64,000 bases of DNA from Sulfolobales archaeon (GTDB lineage Archaea; Thermoproteota; Thermoprotei_A; Sulfolobales; AG1), in assembly GCA_038867615.1 (NCBI GenBank), contig JAWBYA010000005.1, positions 1 to 64,000 of the forward strand, given 5' to 3'. A model generated the notes under the pieces. It worked only from the letters and a program-made list of their open reading frames with translations, made no database searches and was not told where the DNA came from. The translations under genes and the position numbers were made by a program. Shown here one piece after another: positions 39,561-50,758 of this stretch. Each line of letters opens with the position of its first letter. Within the stretch, counting starts at the first letter, position 1.

Positions 39561-40817
39561 TTGAGACCAGGGCTTGAGAGGATAAAGCCTCCTAGTGATG
39601 GTTCCTTCATAGAATATGTAGACGGCTCCTACAAGGTTCCTGACAAGCCGATAATAGCCTATATAGAGGGGGACGGGATAGGGCCTGAGGTTACAAGCTC
39701 CGCCAGAGCTGTTCTCGATGCCGCTGTTGAGAAGGTCTATGGGAAGGCCAGGAGGATTGTTTGGTGGGAGCTCTATGCGGGGTATAAGGCTGAGAAGCTC
39801 TTCGGAAACCTCCTCCCAGAGGACACTCTTACCGGGATGATGATGGCTAAGGTTACTCTCAAAGGCCCCCTGGAGACTCCTATAGGTACTGGTCATAGAT
39901 CTATTAATGTTGCTATTAGGCAGAAACTCGATCTATATTCTAATATAAGGCCTGTTAAGTATTTCAGAGGCGTCCCAGCCCCGAGCAGGTATGCCGATAA
40001 GGTAAACCTCATAATCTTTAGAGAGAACACGGAAGACGTGTATGCTGGGATAGAGTGGCAGGCCGGGGGTAGAGAGGCGCTAAAGGTGATCGAATTTCTC
40101 CACAGAGAGTTCGGAATAGAGCTCACACCAGACACAGGGATCGGTTTAAAGCCTATCAGTGAGTGGAAAACCAAGAGACACGCTAGAAAAGCCCTCAGAT
40201 ATGCTATTAAACATAGTAGAAGGGTTGTTACATTCATGCATAAGGGTAATATTATGAAGTACACCGAAGGCGCCTTCGTAAACTGGGGGTACGAGGTTGC
40301 CCTAAACGAGTTCAGAGAATATGTGGTTACAGAGAAAGAGGTTAACGAGCAATACGGGGGCAAGCAGCCTGAGGGGAAGATACTTGTTAACGACCGTGTT
40401 GCTGACAACATGTTCCAGCAGATAATAACAAGACCGTGGGACTATGATGTCATAGTAACACCTAATCTCAACGGCGACTATCTAAGCGATGCCGCAAGCG
40501 CCCTCGTAGGAGGGATAGGACTAGCCCCGGGACTCAATGCTGGCGATATATATGCATTCGCAGAGCCCGTGCATGGAACAGCGCCTAAGTATGCTGGCAA
40601 GAGTGTGGCTAACCCCTCAGCAACCATACTTGCTGGGGCGATGCTTTTAGAGCATATAGGTTGGGTTGAGGCTTCGAACCTGATCTGGAGGGCTGTTGAG
40701 GAGACCATAGCGTCTGGCAAGATGACCCAGGATCTTGCAAGGCACTATGAGAATGTAAAACCACTATCAACAAAAGAGTTCACAGAGGCTGTTATAGAGA
40801 CTCTGAAGAGCCTTTGA
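39561..40817 (+). CDS. icd: NADP-dependent isocitrate dehydrogenase
   Basis: IEGDGIGPE, KGPLETPIG.G.RSINV, RENTEDVYAG, HKGNIMKYTEG, NLNGDYLSD, HGTAPKYAG. Confidence 0.97.
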   Translation: MRPGLERIKPPSDGSFIEYVDGSYKVPDKPIIAYIEGDGIGPEVTSSARAVLDAAVEKVYGKARRIVWWELYAGYKAEKLFGNLLPEDTLTGMMMAKVTLKGPLETPIGTGHRSINVAIRQKLDLYSNIRPVKYFRGVPAPSRYADKVNLIIFRENTEDVYAGIEWQAGGREALKVIEFLHREFGIELTPDTGIGLKPISEWKTKRHARKALRYAIKHSRRVVTFMHKGNIMKYTEGAFVNWGYEVALNEFREYVVTEKEVNEQYGGKQPEGKILVNDRVADNMFQQIITRPWDYDVIVTPNLNGDYLSDAASALVGGIGLAPGLNAGDIYAFAEPVHGTAPKYAGKSVANPSATILAGAMLLEHIGWVEASNLIWRAVEETIASGKMTQDLARHYENVKPLSTKEFTEAVIETLKSL

Positions 40818-41305
40818 GAGTGCTGGTTATATTGAACAACTTATCAAGGATCATAATAGCTTTTTTAATATATATGATCTCGATGTATATGGCGATAATG
40901 ATCATACCATCAGCATTGGGAAGCAGCCCCGCACTCTATATAAGACCCTACCAGCTGATGGTATTCTCAAACATAGCTATCCTGATCCTCTTCACAATAG
41001 CCTACCTAGCCCTGGGAAGCATGCTACTCATCTACACAATACAGATAGCACTAGCATCGCTAGCAATAACATACTACCTAGACATAGCCTACAGGATCAG
41101 CCAAGGAATCGAGATCATCATATACCCCCTATTCACACTCATAAAAGACTCACAAGGATCATCACTCTCAATAGACCTCGCACAGATCTCCATAATAGCC
41201 CTAGTACTCATAAACCTAAGGGATAAGATCCGTGGAAAAGGCCTAGATCAGTCTAACAGTACCCCGAGCACTGTTCCCAACACCCCCGACAACCTCAATA
41301 ACTAG
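40814..41305 (+). CDS. Hypothetical membrane protein
   Basis: Hydrophobic ORF overlapping the icd stop. Confidence 0.6.
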   Translation: MRVLVILNNLSRIIIAFLIYMISMYMAIMIIPSALGSSPALYIRPYQLMVFSNIAILILFTIAYLALGSMLLIYTIQIALASLAITYYLDIAYRISQGIEIIIYPLFTLIKDSQGSSLSIDLAQISIIALVLINLRDKIRGKGLDQSNSTPSTVPNTPDNLNN

Positions 41306-41470
41306 ATCCAAGGCGGGTCTAATCACTCTTGAGAGAAGCTTGATCACTGATCCTCTGAACATTTCGATGCTTTTCCATATCTTTTATGGAGTCTCGCTAA
41401 CCGCAGTTGTTTTCCTCCATCTCTGCGGGATGGTTTTAAGGTCTCTTGTAGACATTTAGCTGGGATTTAG

Positions 41471-42379
41471 ATGTCCTGGCATAGGATCTCGAGGGATGTT
41501 TACTCTATAGAGGTGGGTCCCCAGGGGTGTGAGGGCTATATACAATCATATATAGTTATAGGTCCCGAGCAGGGGGTAGCGATCATAGATCCCGGTCCTA
41601 GGAATTCGGCTGAAAGGCTCCTTAACGGTTTGAGGGAGCTGGGAGTTGATTTCAGGAATGTTAAGCACATAATCCTCACCCATATACATCTAGATCATGG
41701 TGGCGGTGCTGATACTGTTGCTAAGAGAATAGGAAATGCTACCGTTTATGTGCATCCCGTGGGTTATAAACATGTGATCGATCCCAGCAAGCTGTGGGCA
41801 GCATCTAGAGAGGTTCTCGGAAGAGTTGCCGAGATCTATGGCGAGCCTGAGAGAGGCGAGGGTATCATGGTTAGAGAGCTCCACGACGGCTCCGAGGTTC
41901 TGCTCGATGGTGTGAGGCTTAAGGTGATCCACACGCCTGGGCATGCTTCACACCATCTATCGATATACTCAGAGGATCTAGACATGCTTTTCGCGGGAGA
42001 CGCTGCCGGGATCTATGTTCCTCCAGAGGATCTCATCTACCCCACAACCCCTCCCCCGTTTAGATATCAACAATACATCGAATCCCTCGACAAAATGATC
42101 CAGGTAAAGCCAGAGGCTGTAGCCTTCCCACACATGGGTGTGAGGATCGGATCAAGTATTCTTGAGAAGGCTAGGAGCCAGATTATAGCCTGGTTCGAGC
42201 TCGCACTAAGAGGAGCCGAAAGCCTCGACGAGATCCTCAAGATCGAGGCAAACCTGAAGAAATACTTAGAAAAGAGCGGAAGGAGCGATATGTGTAGAGA
42301 GGTTGAGGGGAAGAACCTGGAAATCACGATTAAGGGACTTAGAGAAGAGGCCCTCAGGATCTCCTCAAGCCATACCTAA
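41471..42379 (+). CDS. MBL-fold metallo-hydrolase
   Basis: THIHLDHGGG, HTPGHASHH, FAGDAAG, PH. Confidence 0.92.
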   Translation: MSWHRISRDVYSIEVGPQGCEGYIQSYIVIGPEQGVAIIDPGPRNSAERLLNGLRELGVDFRNVKHIILTHIHLDHGGGADTVAKRIGNATVYVHPVGYKHVIDPSKLWAASREVLGRVAEIYGEPERGEGIMVRELHDGSEVLLDGVRLKVIHTPGHASHHLSIYSEDLDMLFAGDAAGIYVPPEDLIYPTTPPPFRYQQYIESLDKMIQVKPEAVAFPHMGVRIGSSILEKARSQIIAWFELALRGAESLDEILKIEANLKKYLEKSGRSDMCREVEGKNLEITIKGLREEALRISSSHT

Positions 42380-42452
42380 CCTGGACTGTTTTCATAATTG
42401 ATATTCATCTGGATGGTGATGAAAGCAAAGCTCTAAACCATCTAGAGAAGGA

Positions 42453-42718
42453 GGTTCGGGCTCCATAGCGGTTGATTCTTATACAAACCATTCTTTCCTC
42501 GACTTCCTCGACCTCCACACATTCAGAGAAACCCCCAACCCATAGCCCCTCATAGCAGCTCCGGCCCATCCACTCAGATCTCTATCCCCACCCCCATTGT
42601 TGGGCGGCATCCCCATAGAATATATAGAGATTATACTATGTTCCATTGTTGTAGAAGCACGAGTTTAATATCAATCCTTATAAACCACCGTGAAACAAGA
42701 AACAGCTGGCTACGGCTT
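42453..42718 (-). mobile_element. Repeat family B copy (MITE-like)
   Basis: Reverse-complement homologue of 28442-28697 with the same ends and internal TTTATA. Confidence 0.7.
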
Positions 42719-42851
42719 CTCGATGGGATCTCTATGCAGGGGGCTTGATTGCAACTTATGAACGCATGGAGACGGGATATCTATAGGTGGAGCATAAATC
42801 CCTGTATATAAAAGAAAGAATATCAAAAATATCTAGGGATAAAAGGTTAAG

Positions 42852-43499
42852 ATGAGAATCGCCGTGATCTTCATATTGATCCTCGCGATCCTCTATATAG
42901 CTGCTATAGTGCTCTATATATATAACACTAGCACCGCGATAAGCGGTAGAGCCGGCACAGGGGAAACCCCTAACCTGGGAAACCTGCCTAGGAACCTTGC
43001 CGGTGAGGATCTATATCTAACCTATAGGGTGGAGGGCTATGTTGATATCAACGGGAGTTTGATCTATATAAATAACGCTATGGTGAATATACTGGCTAGA
43101 TATACGCAAGCCCCAGAGACCAATACTACTAGCAATGCAACAACTGCAAGTATAACACAGCCGGCTTATTATAGGGTCTCTGCAATAGGTGATCAGGCGA
43201 TCACATGGGCGCTAGAGCGGCTTATAACAACAAGCTATAATATATCACAAAAAACCTTGCTGGCAGAGGGCTGGGATGCCAACAGTATAAGCGATATATT
43301 TGGAAACCTCTCGCTATTCACAAGAACAGGCGAGGGACAACTGCCAGGAGCGTCTGGAATAACCTATACGGAGTACTCGTTAAACACCGATAGCGGGGTA
43401 ATAATCATAAGGATCATGAAGAACCAGGGGATCCCGCTGGAGTGTGTGGTAAACACCACATGGGGTAATCTTAGGTTTAAACTCATAAGCGCCTCATAA
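42852..43499 (+). CDS. Exported, probably N-glycosylated, hypothetical protein
   Basis: N-terminal TM; several N-x-S/T sequons; Thr-rich. Confidence 0.7.
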   Translation: MRIAVIFILILAILYIAAIVLYIYNTSTAISGRAGTGETPNLGNLPRNLAGEDLYLTYRVEGYVDINGSLIYINNAMVNILARYTQAPETNTTSNATTASITQPAYYRVSAIGDQAITWALERLITTSYNISQKTLLAEGWDANSISDIFGNLSLFTRTGEGQLPGASGITYTEYSLNTDSGVIIIRIMKNQGIPLECVVNTTWGNLRFKLISAS

Positions 43500-43669
43500 C
43501 CACGGATCTACAATCTATCTTTCCATCCTACCATCCTATTATGTATTTAGCACCTATATTACTAGCAATCCCTACTACACAGCAAGCCCCATAACACACT
43601 TATAAAGATGCCTACAGTTCGGTAACCATACGTGGTTTTACTAATATATTATCTTGAGCGTTAAGAATA

Positions 43670-44413
43670 GTGGTGCATAGAATGGCGTTCGGACCAGCAG
43701 GAATGGGATATGATAGGGCTATAACTATATTCTCGCCAGATGGGAAGCTATACCAGGTTGAATACGCTTCGGTAGCTGTGAGGCAGGGGTGGACTGTTAT
43801 TGGGCTTAGGGGTAAGGATTCAGGTGTTCTGATCTCTGAGAAGAGGCAGCAGTTCAGCCTAATGGATCTAAAGTCCCTAGAGAAGATCTTCATAATAGAC
43901 ACCCATGTAGGGGCATCTTTCGCAGGGCTTGGTGCTGATGGGAGGGTTCTAGTCGACTATGCGAGAAGGATTGCAGCTAATCATCGCTTCCTCTACGACG
44001 AACCAATAGATCTGGAGACGCTTGTCAGGAGCGTAGGAGATCTGAAACAGATCTTCACGCAACAAGGCGGGGTAAGGCCTTTCGGGGTCTCGCTAATATT
44101 CGTTGGCCATGATAGAAAGGGGATCCATGTCTACAGGACAGAGCCCAACGGGCTTTACTTCCAATACCTAGCAGTCGCCGTAGGCTCGGGCGAGCAGGTT
44201 GTGCATGAGTTCCTGGAGAAGAACTATAAGAGGGATCTAGGCTTAGAGGATCTAGTGCTACTTGGGTTGAGAGCGATGAGCACGGCATCCGAACAGCCTC
44301 TAACGGTTGAGAGGCTTGAGATAGGCTATATAACAGAGAGCGAGAAGATCTTTAGGAAAATGAGTGACGACGAGATAAGGGGGTATCTCTCGAAGCTCGG
44401 TGTCACCTCTTGA
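43670..44413 (+). CDS. psmA: Proteasome alpha subunit
   Basis: [29 protein letters not shown]; start probably 43682. Confidence 0.97.
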   Translation: MVHRMAFGPAGMGYDRAITIFSPDGKLYQVEYASVAVRQGWTVIGLRGKDSGVLISEKRQQFSLMDLKSLEKIFIIDTHVGASFAGLGADGRVLVDYARRIAANHRFLYDEPIDLETLVRSVGDLKQIFTQQGGVRPFGVSLIFVGHDRKGIHVYRTEPNGLYFQYLAVAVGSGEQVVHEFLEKNYKRDLGLEDLVLLGLRAMSTASEQPLTVERLEIGYITESEKIFRKMSDDEIRGYLSKLGVTS

Positions 44414-45105
44414 GTAGGGAGTATATTATAGTGAGATTCGAGAAGGATGGAAAGAGATTCGAGATCCTAGCCGACCCTGACAAGGTTCTCGAATATAGGG
44501 AGGGTAAGAAGATACCGCTCTCAGAAGTTGTTTATGGTGATTTCATATATAAGGATGCTAGGAAGGGCCTCAAAGCCTCGCCATCAGATATAGAGAAGGT
44601 CTTCGGAACACAGGATGCCTCGAAAGTAATGCACGAGATCCTTGTTAAGGGCGAGATACAACTCACAACAGAGCAGAGGAGAAGGATGATAGAGGCTAAG
44701 AGGAAAATGATCATAACATATATTGCTAGGAACTCCATAGATCCTGTGACCAAAAAGCCCGTACCCCCTGCAAGGATAGAGGCTGCTATGGAGCAAGCCA
44801 GGGTTTCGATAGATATTAACAAGGGGGTTGAGGAGCAGGCTATAGAGATCGTCAAGGCTATCTCAAAGATCATACCGATAAAGATGGCAATAGCACTCCT
44901 AAGGATCAAGATCCCTGGGGATTATGCCAGCAAGGTTCACCAAACGATCACAAGACTCGGCGAGGTTCGAAGAAGCCAGTGGCTAAGCGACGGGGGTCTC
45001 GAGGTTGAGATAGCAATTCCGGCTGGACTGCAGGGCGATGTTATAGATAGGGTTTCCAAACTAACCCACGGATCAGCACAGATCAGTGTTGTTGAGGTGA
45101 GATAA
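44410..45105 (+). CDS. Ribosome maturation factor SBDS/Sdo1
   Basis: [33 protein letters not shown]; position in the exosome superoperon. Confidence 0.95.
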   Translation: MSREYIIVRFEKDGKRFEILADPDKVLEYREGKKIPLSEVVYGDFIYKDARKGLKASPSDIEKVFGTQDASKVMHEILVKGEIQLTTEQRRRMIEAKRKMIITYIARNSIDPVTKKPVPPARIEAAMEQARVSIDINKGVEEQAIEIVKAISKIIPIKMAIALLRIKIPGDYASKVHQTITRLGEVRRSQWLSDGGLEVEIAIPAGLQGDVIDRVSKLTHGSAQISVVEVR

Positions 45106-45855
45106 CTGTCCCAAGACACAGCTAAACAGGGATCGATACATGTTAAGCACAGAGACATAGTCCTCCCAGGAGACCTCATAGCCTCCGGAAACGTCTCTGT
45201 CGAGAAATACCCCTATGTCTATTGTATCGAGGGGAAGTGCTACTCAACAGTCATAGGAGTCGCAGAAGAGAGGGGGGAGAGACAGCTCAGAATCGTCCCT
45301 CTAGAGGGTTTCTACAACCCGAGGGAGGATGATATAGTAATAGGTGTTGTGGAGGAAGTAGGGATCACTAGCGCTATTCTCGACATAAGGGCTCCCTACA
45401 AGGGGATCCTGCCAGCCTCGGAGATAGCTGGAAAGCAGTATAACCCAGCTCAGGAGCCGCTCATAAACCTGGTCTCGCCGGGAGATATATATCTAGCTAA
45501 GATTGAGAGGTTCGACCTCACAAGAGACCCCTTGCTAACGCTAAAGGGAAAGGATCTTGGAAGGATTGTTGATGGGATATTAATAGAGATCGTGCCTACA
45601 AGGATACCAAGGATAGTTGGTAAGAAGAAGAGCATGCTAGATATGCTTATTAAGGAAACCCAGTGCCAGGTTGTACCAGCAGCCAACGGGAGGATCCTTA
45701 TAAGAGGATGCCCCTCAAGCGATCACGAGGCTATCGCTATCAACGCTATAAAGATTATAGAGAACACGCCATATATACAGGGGCTTACTGAAAAGATAAG
45801 AGAGTATCTAGTAATTGAGAAGGTGAGGAGAGGTCTTGTCAGAGGAGAAGGTTGA
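45106..45855 (+). CDS. rrp4: Exosome RNA-binding subunit Rrp4 (CTG start proposed)
   Basis: In-frame IVLPGD and [17 protein letters not shown] lie upstream of the track start; S1 and KH domains; SD GAGGTGA 5 nt before CTG at 45106. Confidence 0.92.
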   Translation: MSQDTAKQGSIHVKHRDIVLPGDLIASGNVSVEKYPYVYCIEGKCYSTVIGVAEERGERQLRIVPLEGFYNPREDDIVIGVVEEVGITSAILDIRAPYKGILPASEIAGKQYNPAQEPLINLVSPGDIYLAKIERFDLTRDPLLTLKGKDLGRIVDGILIEIVPTRIPRIVGKKKSMLDMLIKETQCQVVPAANGRILIRGCPSSDHEAIAINAIKIIENTPYIQGLTEKIREYLVIEKVRRGLVRGEG

Positions 45856-46573
45856 GGTTAAAAGGAAACTCATAGAAGATGGAAAGAGAAGAGATGGTAG
45901 AGGACCTGAGGATATAAGGCCACTCCACTTCGAGGTAAGGGTTCTTAAAAACGCCAACGGATCCGCTCTTGTGCAGTACGGAAACACAAAGGTTCTCGCA
46001 GCAGTCTATGGACCCAGGGATCCTGGGGCTAGGAGTATGGCTCTTCCCCACAGAGCCGTGCTTAGGTGCAGATACCACATGGCTCCTTTCTCAACGCATG
46101 AGAGAAAGAGCCCTGCACCGAGTAGGAGGGAGATAGAGCTTTCAAAGGTTGTTAGAGAGGCTCTAGAACCAGCTGTGATTACGGAGAGTTTTCCCAGAAC
46201 AGCTATAGATATATTCATAGAGGTTCTCAACGCCGATGGAGGGACAAGGACTGCTGGTATAACAGCCGCCTCTCTAGCTCTAGCCGATGCTGGGATCCCT
46301 ATGAGGGATCTTGTCGCAGCAATAGCCGTTGGAAAGGTTGACGGGGTTCTCGTGCTCGACATAAATGAGGAGGAGGATATGTATGGCGAGGCTGACATGC
46401 CCATGGCCTTCATGCCAAGCCTCGGACTTATAACCCTGATCCAGCTAAACGGTACTCTAAGCGAGGAGGAGTTCTGGTCAGCAATAGAGCTAGGGCTTAA
46501 GGGTGCTGAGAAGGTGTATGAGGCTCAGAAAGAGGCTCTGAGAAAGAGATACGCGTCTGTAGAGCAGGTGTAG
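45836..46573 (+). CDS. rrp41: Exosome exonuclease Rrp41
   Basis: [36 protein letters not shown]. Confidence 0.97.
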   Translation: MSEEKVEVKRKLIEDGKRRDGRGPEDIRPLHFEVRVLKNANGSALVQYGNTKVLAAVYGPRDPGARSMALPHRAVLRCRYHMAPFSTHERKSPAPSRREIELSKVVREALEPAVITESFPRTAIDIFIEVLNADGGTRTAGITAASLALADAGIPMRDLVAAIAVGKVDGVLVLDINEEEDMYGEADMPMAFMPSLGLITLIQLNGTLSEEEFWSAIELGLKGAEKVYEAQKEALRKRYASVEQV

Positions 46574-46576
46574 CCT

Positions 46577-47410
46577 ATGTCCATAACCCCTGTCGATATA
46601 CCCGTCATACCAGCCCTCAAGAGGACAGCGATACTAAACCTGCTATCAAGATCCCAGAGGATAGATGGAAGATCTCCTTCCGATACGAGAAATATAGAGA
46701 TAAGCCTGGGCGTGATACCAAACGCTAACGGTTCTGCCCATGTAAAGCTTGGATTAACACAGGTTATAGCCGGGATCAAGGCTGAGATAGGTTCTCCCTT
46801 CCAAGACACTCCTAATATGGGTAACCTGATAGTTAATGCCGAGTTCGTACCACTAGCCTCGCCAACATTCGAACCAGGTCCTCCTGATGAGAGGGCGATC
46901 GAGCTCGCAAGGATCATTGATAGGTCTTTGAGGGATGTGAGGGCAATAGACCTTGAGAAACTCGTTATAATACCCGGCAGGAAGGTTTGGAATATATTCA
47001 TAGATATCTATGTAATAGATCACGACGGAAACCTCGTCGACGCCTCCTCTATAGCAACCCTAGCAGCGCTACTATCGGCAAAGATACCAAGAGCCTCTGT
47101 TAACCAGGATAAGGGTGAGGTGATCCTCGACCCGACGAATCGCGACGAGATCCCTGTGAGAAAGAGGGTTCTCACAGTGACAGTGGCGAAGATCGAGGAT
47201 CACCTAGTAGTAGATCCTTCGCTTGAAGAGGAGACAGTGGCTGACGCCCTGCTAACCATGGCCTTCTCGGAGGATGGGCTGATAACAGGGATCCAGAAGA
47301 GCGGTATGGGTACCTTTAAGCGGGAGCATTTGAAAAAAGCTATGGAGCTTGCTAAAAATGCCTATAAGAGCTATATTTCCCAGATCTCCCAGTTTTTAGC
47401 CAGATCTTAG
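46577..47410 (+). CDS. rrp42: Exosome subunit Rrp42
   Basis: RIDGR, PLASPTFEPGPPDE, DHDGNLVD, IQKSG. Confidence 0.97.
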   Translation: MSITPVDIPVIPALKRTAILNLLSRSQRIDGRSPSDTRNIEISLGVIPNANGSAHVKLGLTQVIAGIKAEIGSPFQDTPNMGNLIVNAEFVPLASPTFEPGPPDERAIELARIIDRSLRDVRAIDLEKLVIIPGRKVWNIFIDIYVIDHDGNLVDASSIATLAALLSAKIPRASVNQDKGEVILDPTNRDEIPVRKRVLTVTVAKIEDHLVVDPSLEEETVADALLTMAFSEDGLITGIQKSGMGTFKREHLKKAMELAKNAYKSYISQISQFLARS

Positions 47411-47413
47411 TAG

Positions 47414-48862
47414 CTATCTTTGATCTTTATAGCTATATGTTTGAAGACCTGCTACACCGAGTCTTGCTAGCTCTTCGAGAACGATCTCTCTGATCTCTTC
47501 GTCTCTTAGAGGCTCCCGGGCTCCATTGCTATAGCGCTTAACTATCCTTTCATATATCCTCTTCACCAACTCGCTATTCTTCTCAACCCCTATCCCTAGC
47601 TTTCTGTTTATCCAGTAGGCTATTCCTGAGGTTCCTGAATAAGGCCCTATAAGGATCCTCGGCTCTCTCCCAATCATCCCTGGATCGAATGATAGATATG
47701 TAGCCGGGTTTTTCACCTGGGCATCTATATGTATCCCAGCCATGGTTGAGAATGCATTCTCACCCACTATAGGCTGGTATCTCGACACCTCATGGCCGAG
47801 TTCTTTAAAAACCTCTGCTGCCCTCCCTATAGCTAGTGGGTTCATGCCTCCGAAGTCTCCTTTAAGCCTGGCATAGATCATTACGAGGGCCTCTATGGGT
47901 ACATTACCAGCCCTCTCACCTATGCCGAGAAGGGTTGCGTTGTTTATAGATGCACCATAGATCCATGCAGCGACAGCGTTCGCAACCCCCATGTAGTAGT
48001 CACCATGCCCGTGGAACTCTATCTGCTCGGGCCCTAACCCAGCTATTTTTCTCAGAACCCAGACTAGCTTTGGAATCGAGTATGGCAGTGCTGCGTGTGG
48101 GTATGGAACCCCGACTCCTGTGGTGTCTGGGAGCTTTATGGTTATGTTAACACCGTATTTCTCGCCCAGCCTGACCAATCTCCTCACCAGGGGTATTACG
48201 AGGCCTGGGACATCTGATCTTGTCACGTCCTCCAGACTGCATCTAAGGTTTATACCACTCCTCATAGCATGTTCAACCACATCGAGATATTTCGCTATGG
48301 CCTGATCCCTTGTCAAACCCAGCTTATACCTTATATGTATATCCGAGATCGACATCAACAAAACCATCTCATCGAGCCCAGCCTCTCTAACCCTAGCTAC
48401 ATCATCCCTAGAGGCCCTCCCCCACCCAATTATCTTGGGATATCTATGCCCAAGGCCCCTGAGGATCTCTACGATAAGCCTGTCCCTCTCGGTATATAGG
48501 AAGAACTCGCTCCTAGAGATCCTCCCGCTACCGTTATCAAGACCCACGAGAAGCTCGAAGATCTTTCTAGCCTCTTCAGGATAGAGAGCTCTGAATGACT
48601 GCTGCCCATCCCTAAATGTCGTGTCAGTTATATATAGCTCCTCCGGCGTTAATGGATCTACGGAGATCCCGTCGAGCACTACCCCAGGAGGGTTGGGCCA
48701 CGAGGCTTCTTGGGGATCTATCTCCCTTATCTCATCTATACCCTCGCTCCTCAATAGGTTGAGGAATATCTCTCTAGCCCTCCTATCGAGGGTCGCTTCA
48801 ATAAGGATGCACCAAAACCTCTCACTATCACGGCTTATAAGCATTAGCGTAATACGATCCAT
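47414..48862 (-). CDS. DRE-TIM metallolyase, Re-citrate synthase-like (LeuA superfamily)
   Basis: ITDTTFRDGQQS, SEFFLYT, SISDIHIRYKL, LEDVTRSD, FHGHGD, GIGERAGN; no LeuA regulatory domain. Confidence 0.8.
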   Translation of the reverse strand: MDRITLMLISRDSERFWCILIEATLDRRAREIFLNLLRSEGIDEIREIDPQEASWPNPPGVVLDGISVDPLTPEELYITDTTFRDGQQSFRALYPEEARKIFELLVGLDNGSGRISRSEFFLYTERDRLIVEILRGLGHRYPKIIGWGRASRDDVARVREAGLDEMVLLMSISDIHIRYKLGLTRDQAIAKYLDVVEHAMRSGINLRCSLEDVTRSDVPGLVIPLVRRLVRLGEKYGVNITIKLPDTTGVGVPYPHAALPYSIPKLVWVLRKIAGLGPEQIEFHGHGDYYMGVANAVAAWIYGASINNATLLGIGERAGNVPIEALVMIYARLKGDFGGMNPLAIGRAAEVFKELGHEVSRYQPIVGENAFSTMAGIHIDAQVKNPATYLSFDPGMIGREPRILIGPYSGTSGIAYWINRKLGIGVEKNSELVKRIYERIVKRYSNGAREPLRDEEIREIVLEELARLGVAGLQTYSYKDQR

Positions 48863-49023
48863 ACGTGTTACGGAATGTTATTAGGCTAGTATGCTTCTAA
48901 CCATTGTTTTTCGTAATACCAAGCCCTGGTGAAGCTCCACGCTTTACAAGCCAGCTATATATTAGTATCTAGTGGATCTTATTACGTAGAGGGAGTGGTA
49001 GCCGAAAGTATTGAGGTGATCTT

Positions 49024-49563
49024 TTGAGACTATTCTCACACATAGTGGCCGGGATAGGGGCGGGATCTATAGCCTCTATGCTATATGGAAACCACTATGG
49101 AGCCTTCCTCTATATAGTAATTCTATCGTTTGTGATAAACATCATAATAGATCTTGGTCACACAAGGATCAGGGGTATTGTTATACGAAGCCCCTACACT
49201 CATGAGGCTCTGAACAGCATAGTGATATCGATCCTGGTAGGATCTATAGTGTGGATAGCGATCGGCAACCTATACGGAGTATCGCTACATGCATCCCTCT
49301 CGGCATCACTCCTAATATCAGGATCACACCTACTAGGGGATCTAATAACCAGGGGCGGGATCTATGTGAGGATCGGTGCAAATATGCTAAGAATCTCCCT
49401 CGCCGACTATAGCTATAAAGATCCCCTTGCTAACGCGATCTACGTGGCGATCCTATCACTACCATTAATAATAAGCCTTGCCGGGATCGCAAGCAGCCCG
49501 AGCGAGATACCCTGGTATAGTCTAGTTGATAAGCTAGTCGGCATCTATGGAACCGCTGGCTAG
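49024..49563 (+). CDS. Membrane-bound metal-dependent hydrolase-like protein (YdjM-like)
   Basis: H at the N-terminus, IDLGH, RSPYTHE, SHLLGDLITRGGI. Confidence 0.75.
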   Translation: MRLFSHIVAGIGAGSIASMLYGNHYGAFLYIVILSFVINIIIDLGHTRIRGIVIRSPYTHEALNSIVISILVGSIVWIAIGNLYGVSLHASLSASLLISGSHLLGDLITRGGIYVRIGANMLRISLADYSYKDPLANAIYVAILSLPLIISLAGIASSPSEIPWYSLVDKLVGIYGTAG

Positions 49564-49717
49564 TGGTTTTACTAATAGATAAAAGCCAGCTGTTAGTCGA
49601 TAACCGCTCCCTATATATGATTCTTCCAAGGGCTTGGGAGAATATTTAGTGGATCAAAATAAACGTGACGGGCTAATAGTTTTAAACCCTGAGCCGCTAT
49701 ACTATGTAGTGCTCCTC

Positions 49718-50668
49718 ATGCCCGCCAATAATCCACAGACCAGCGGTTCGGGGTCTAGTGGTGCTAGGCTTCCTGTAATAAGGTTTGAGGAGGAGATGCA
49801 TAACCTTGTCTCGGTTGCTAGTGAGCTCATAGAGCAGGAGAAAGAGTTTGCTGTGGTGATGGTGCTTAGATCCCAGGGATCCTCGGCTGTAAAGACAGGG
49901 GCTAAGGCTATAGTGCTTCCGGAGGGTAGGATTATAGGCTGGCTGGGCGGGTGGTGCAGTGAGAACGCAGTGCTTACAGCAGCTTTAGAGGCTCTTGAGA
50001 AGGGGACTCCCAAGATAGTGAGGCTTGTTATGAAGGGTGATGAGCTGAGAAGGATTGGGGAGGATGTTATAGAGGTTGGAACCCCGTGTGGGGGTGAGGT
50101 TGATATCTATATAGAGCCTGTATATCCAAGACTACAGCTCCTCCTTGTGGGTGATAATGAGGTGACAAGGATGCTTGCGAAGATCGGAAAGATCCTGGGC
50201 TATAAGATCGCGGTATATGATATGATGGCAACCAAGGAGAAATACCCAGAGGCTGATATCATAATAAACTCCCCCTCATCCCTCGAAAAAATAAGGATAG
50301 ATAGGAACACAATAGCAGTCCTAGCCACCATGGGGAAGACATGGGTTGATGAGGAGACCCTCGAGAGGCTCCTAAAAACAGACATCGGGTTAATAGAGCT
50401 CATATCAAGCACCAAAAGAGCCCAGGAGATCCTCAAACTACTCATTAAGAAGGGATACAGACCAGAGGATCTCAGAAGAATAGTAACACCAGCAGGGATA
50501 GATATAGGAGCCATATCGCCTGGAGAGATAGCTATCAGCGTGCTAGCAGAGATCATCATGTCCCGAAGAGGAGGCAGTGGAAAAAGCATGAGGGAAGTGA
50601 AAGGAGACCCCCTCGCGAACATCCTCAGCGCCATAGAGAGCCCAGCCCTCTCCCAACCCGAGAAATAA
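49718..50668 (+). CDS. XdhC/CoxI family molybdenum-hydroxylase accessory protein
   Basis: GWLGGWCSE, CGGEVDIYIEP, PAGIDIGA.SPGEIAISVLAEI. Confidence 0.92.
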   Translation: MPANNPQTSGSGSSGARLPVIRFEEEMHNLVSVASELIEQEKEFAVVMVLRSQGSSAVKTGAKAIVLPEGRIIGWLGGWCSENAVLTAALEALEKGTPKIVRLVMKGDELRRIGEDVIEVGTPCGGEVDIYIEPVYPRLQLLLVGDNEVTRMLAKIGKILGYKIAVYDMMATKEKYPEADIIINSPSSLEKIRIDRNTIAVLATMGKTWVDEETLERLLKTDIGLIELISSTKRAQEILKLLIKKGYRPEDLRRIVTPAGIDIGAISPGEIAISVLAEIIMSRRGGSGKSMREVKGDPLANILSAIESPALSQPEK

Positions 50669-50758
50669 TACTCCTCCCTATTATCGAGGATACAGTTTCA
50701 AAACGATTCAAAAACCGGGCAAGCCGACCTGCTAATCGAGAGAGGTCTTACAAATCTA

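Noticed and set aside
48930-48947. GAAGCTCCACGCTTTA resembling an IS200/IS605 end half-hairpin
   Set aside because: The complementary arm is missing and no second copy was seen
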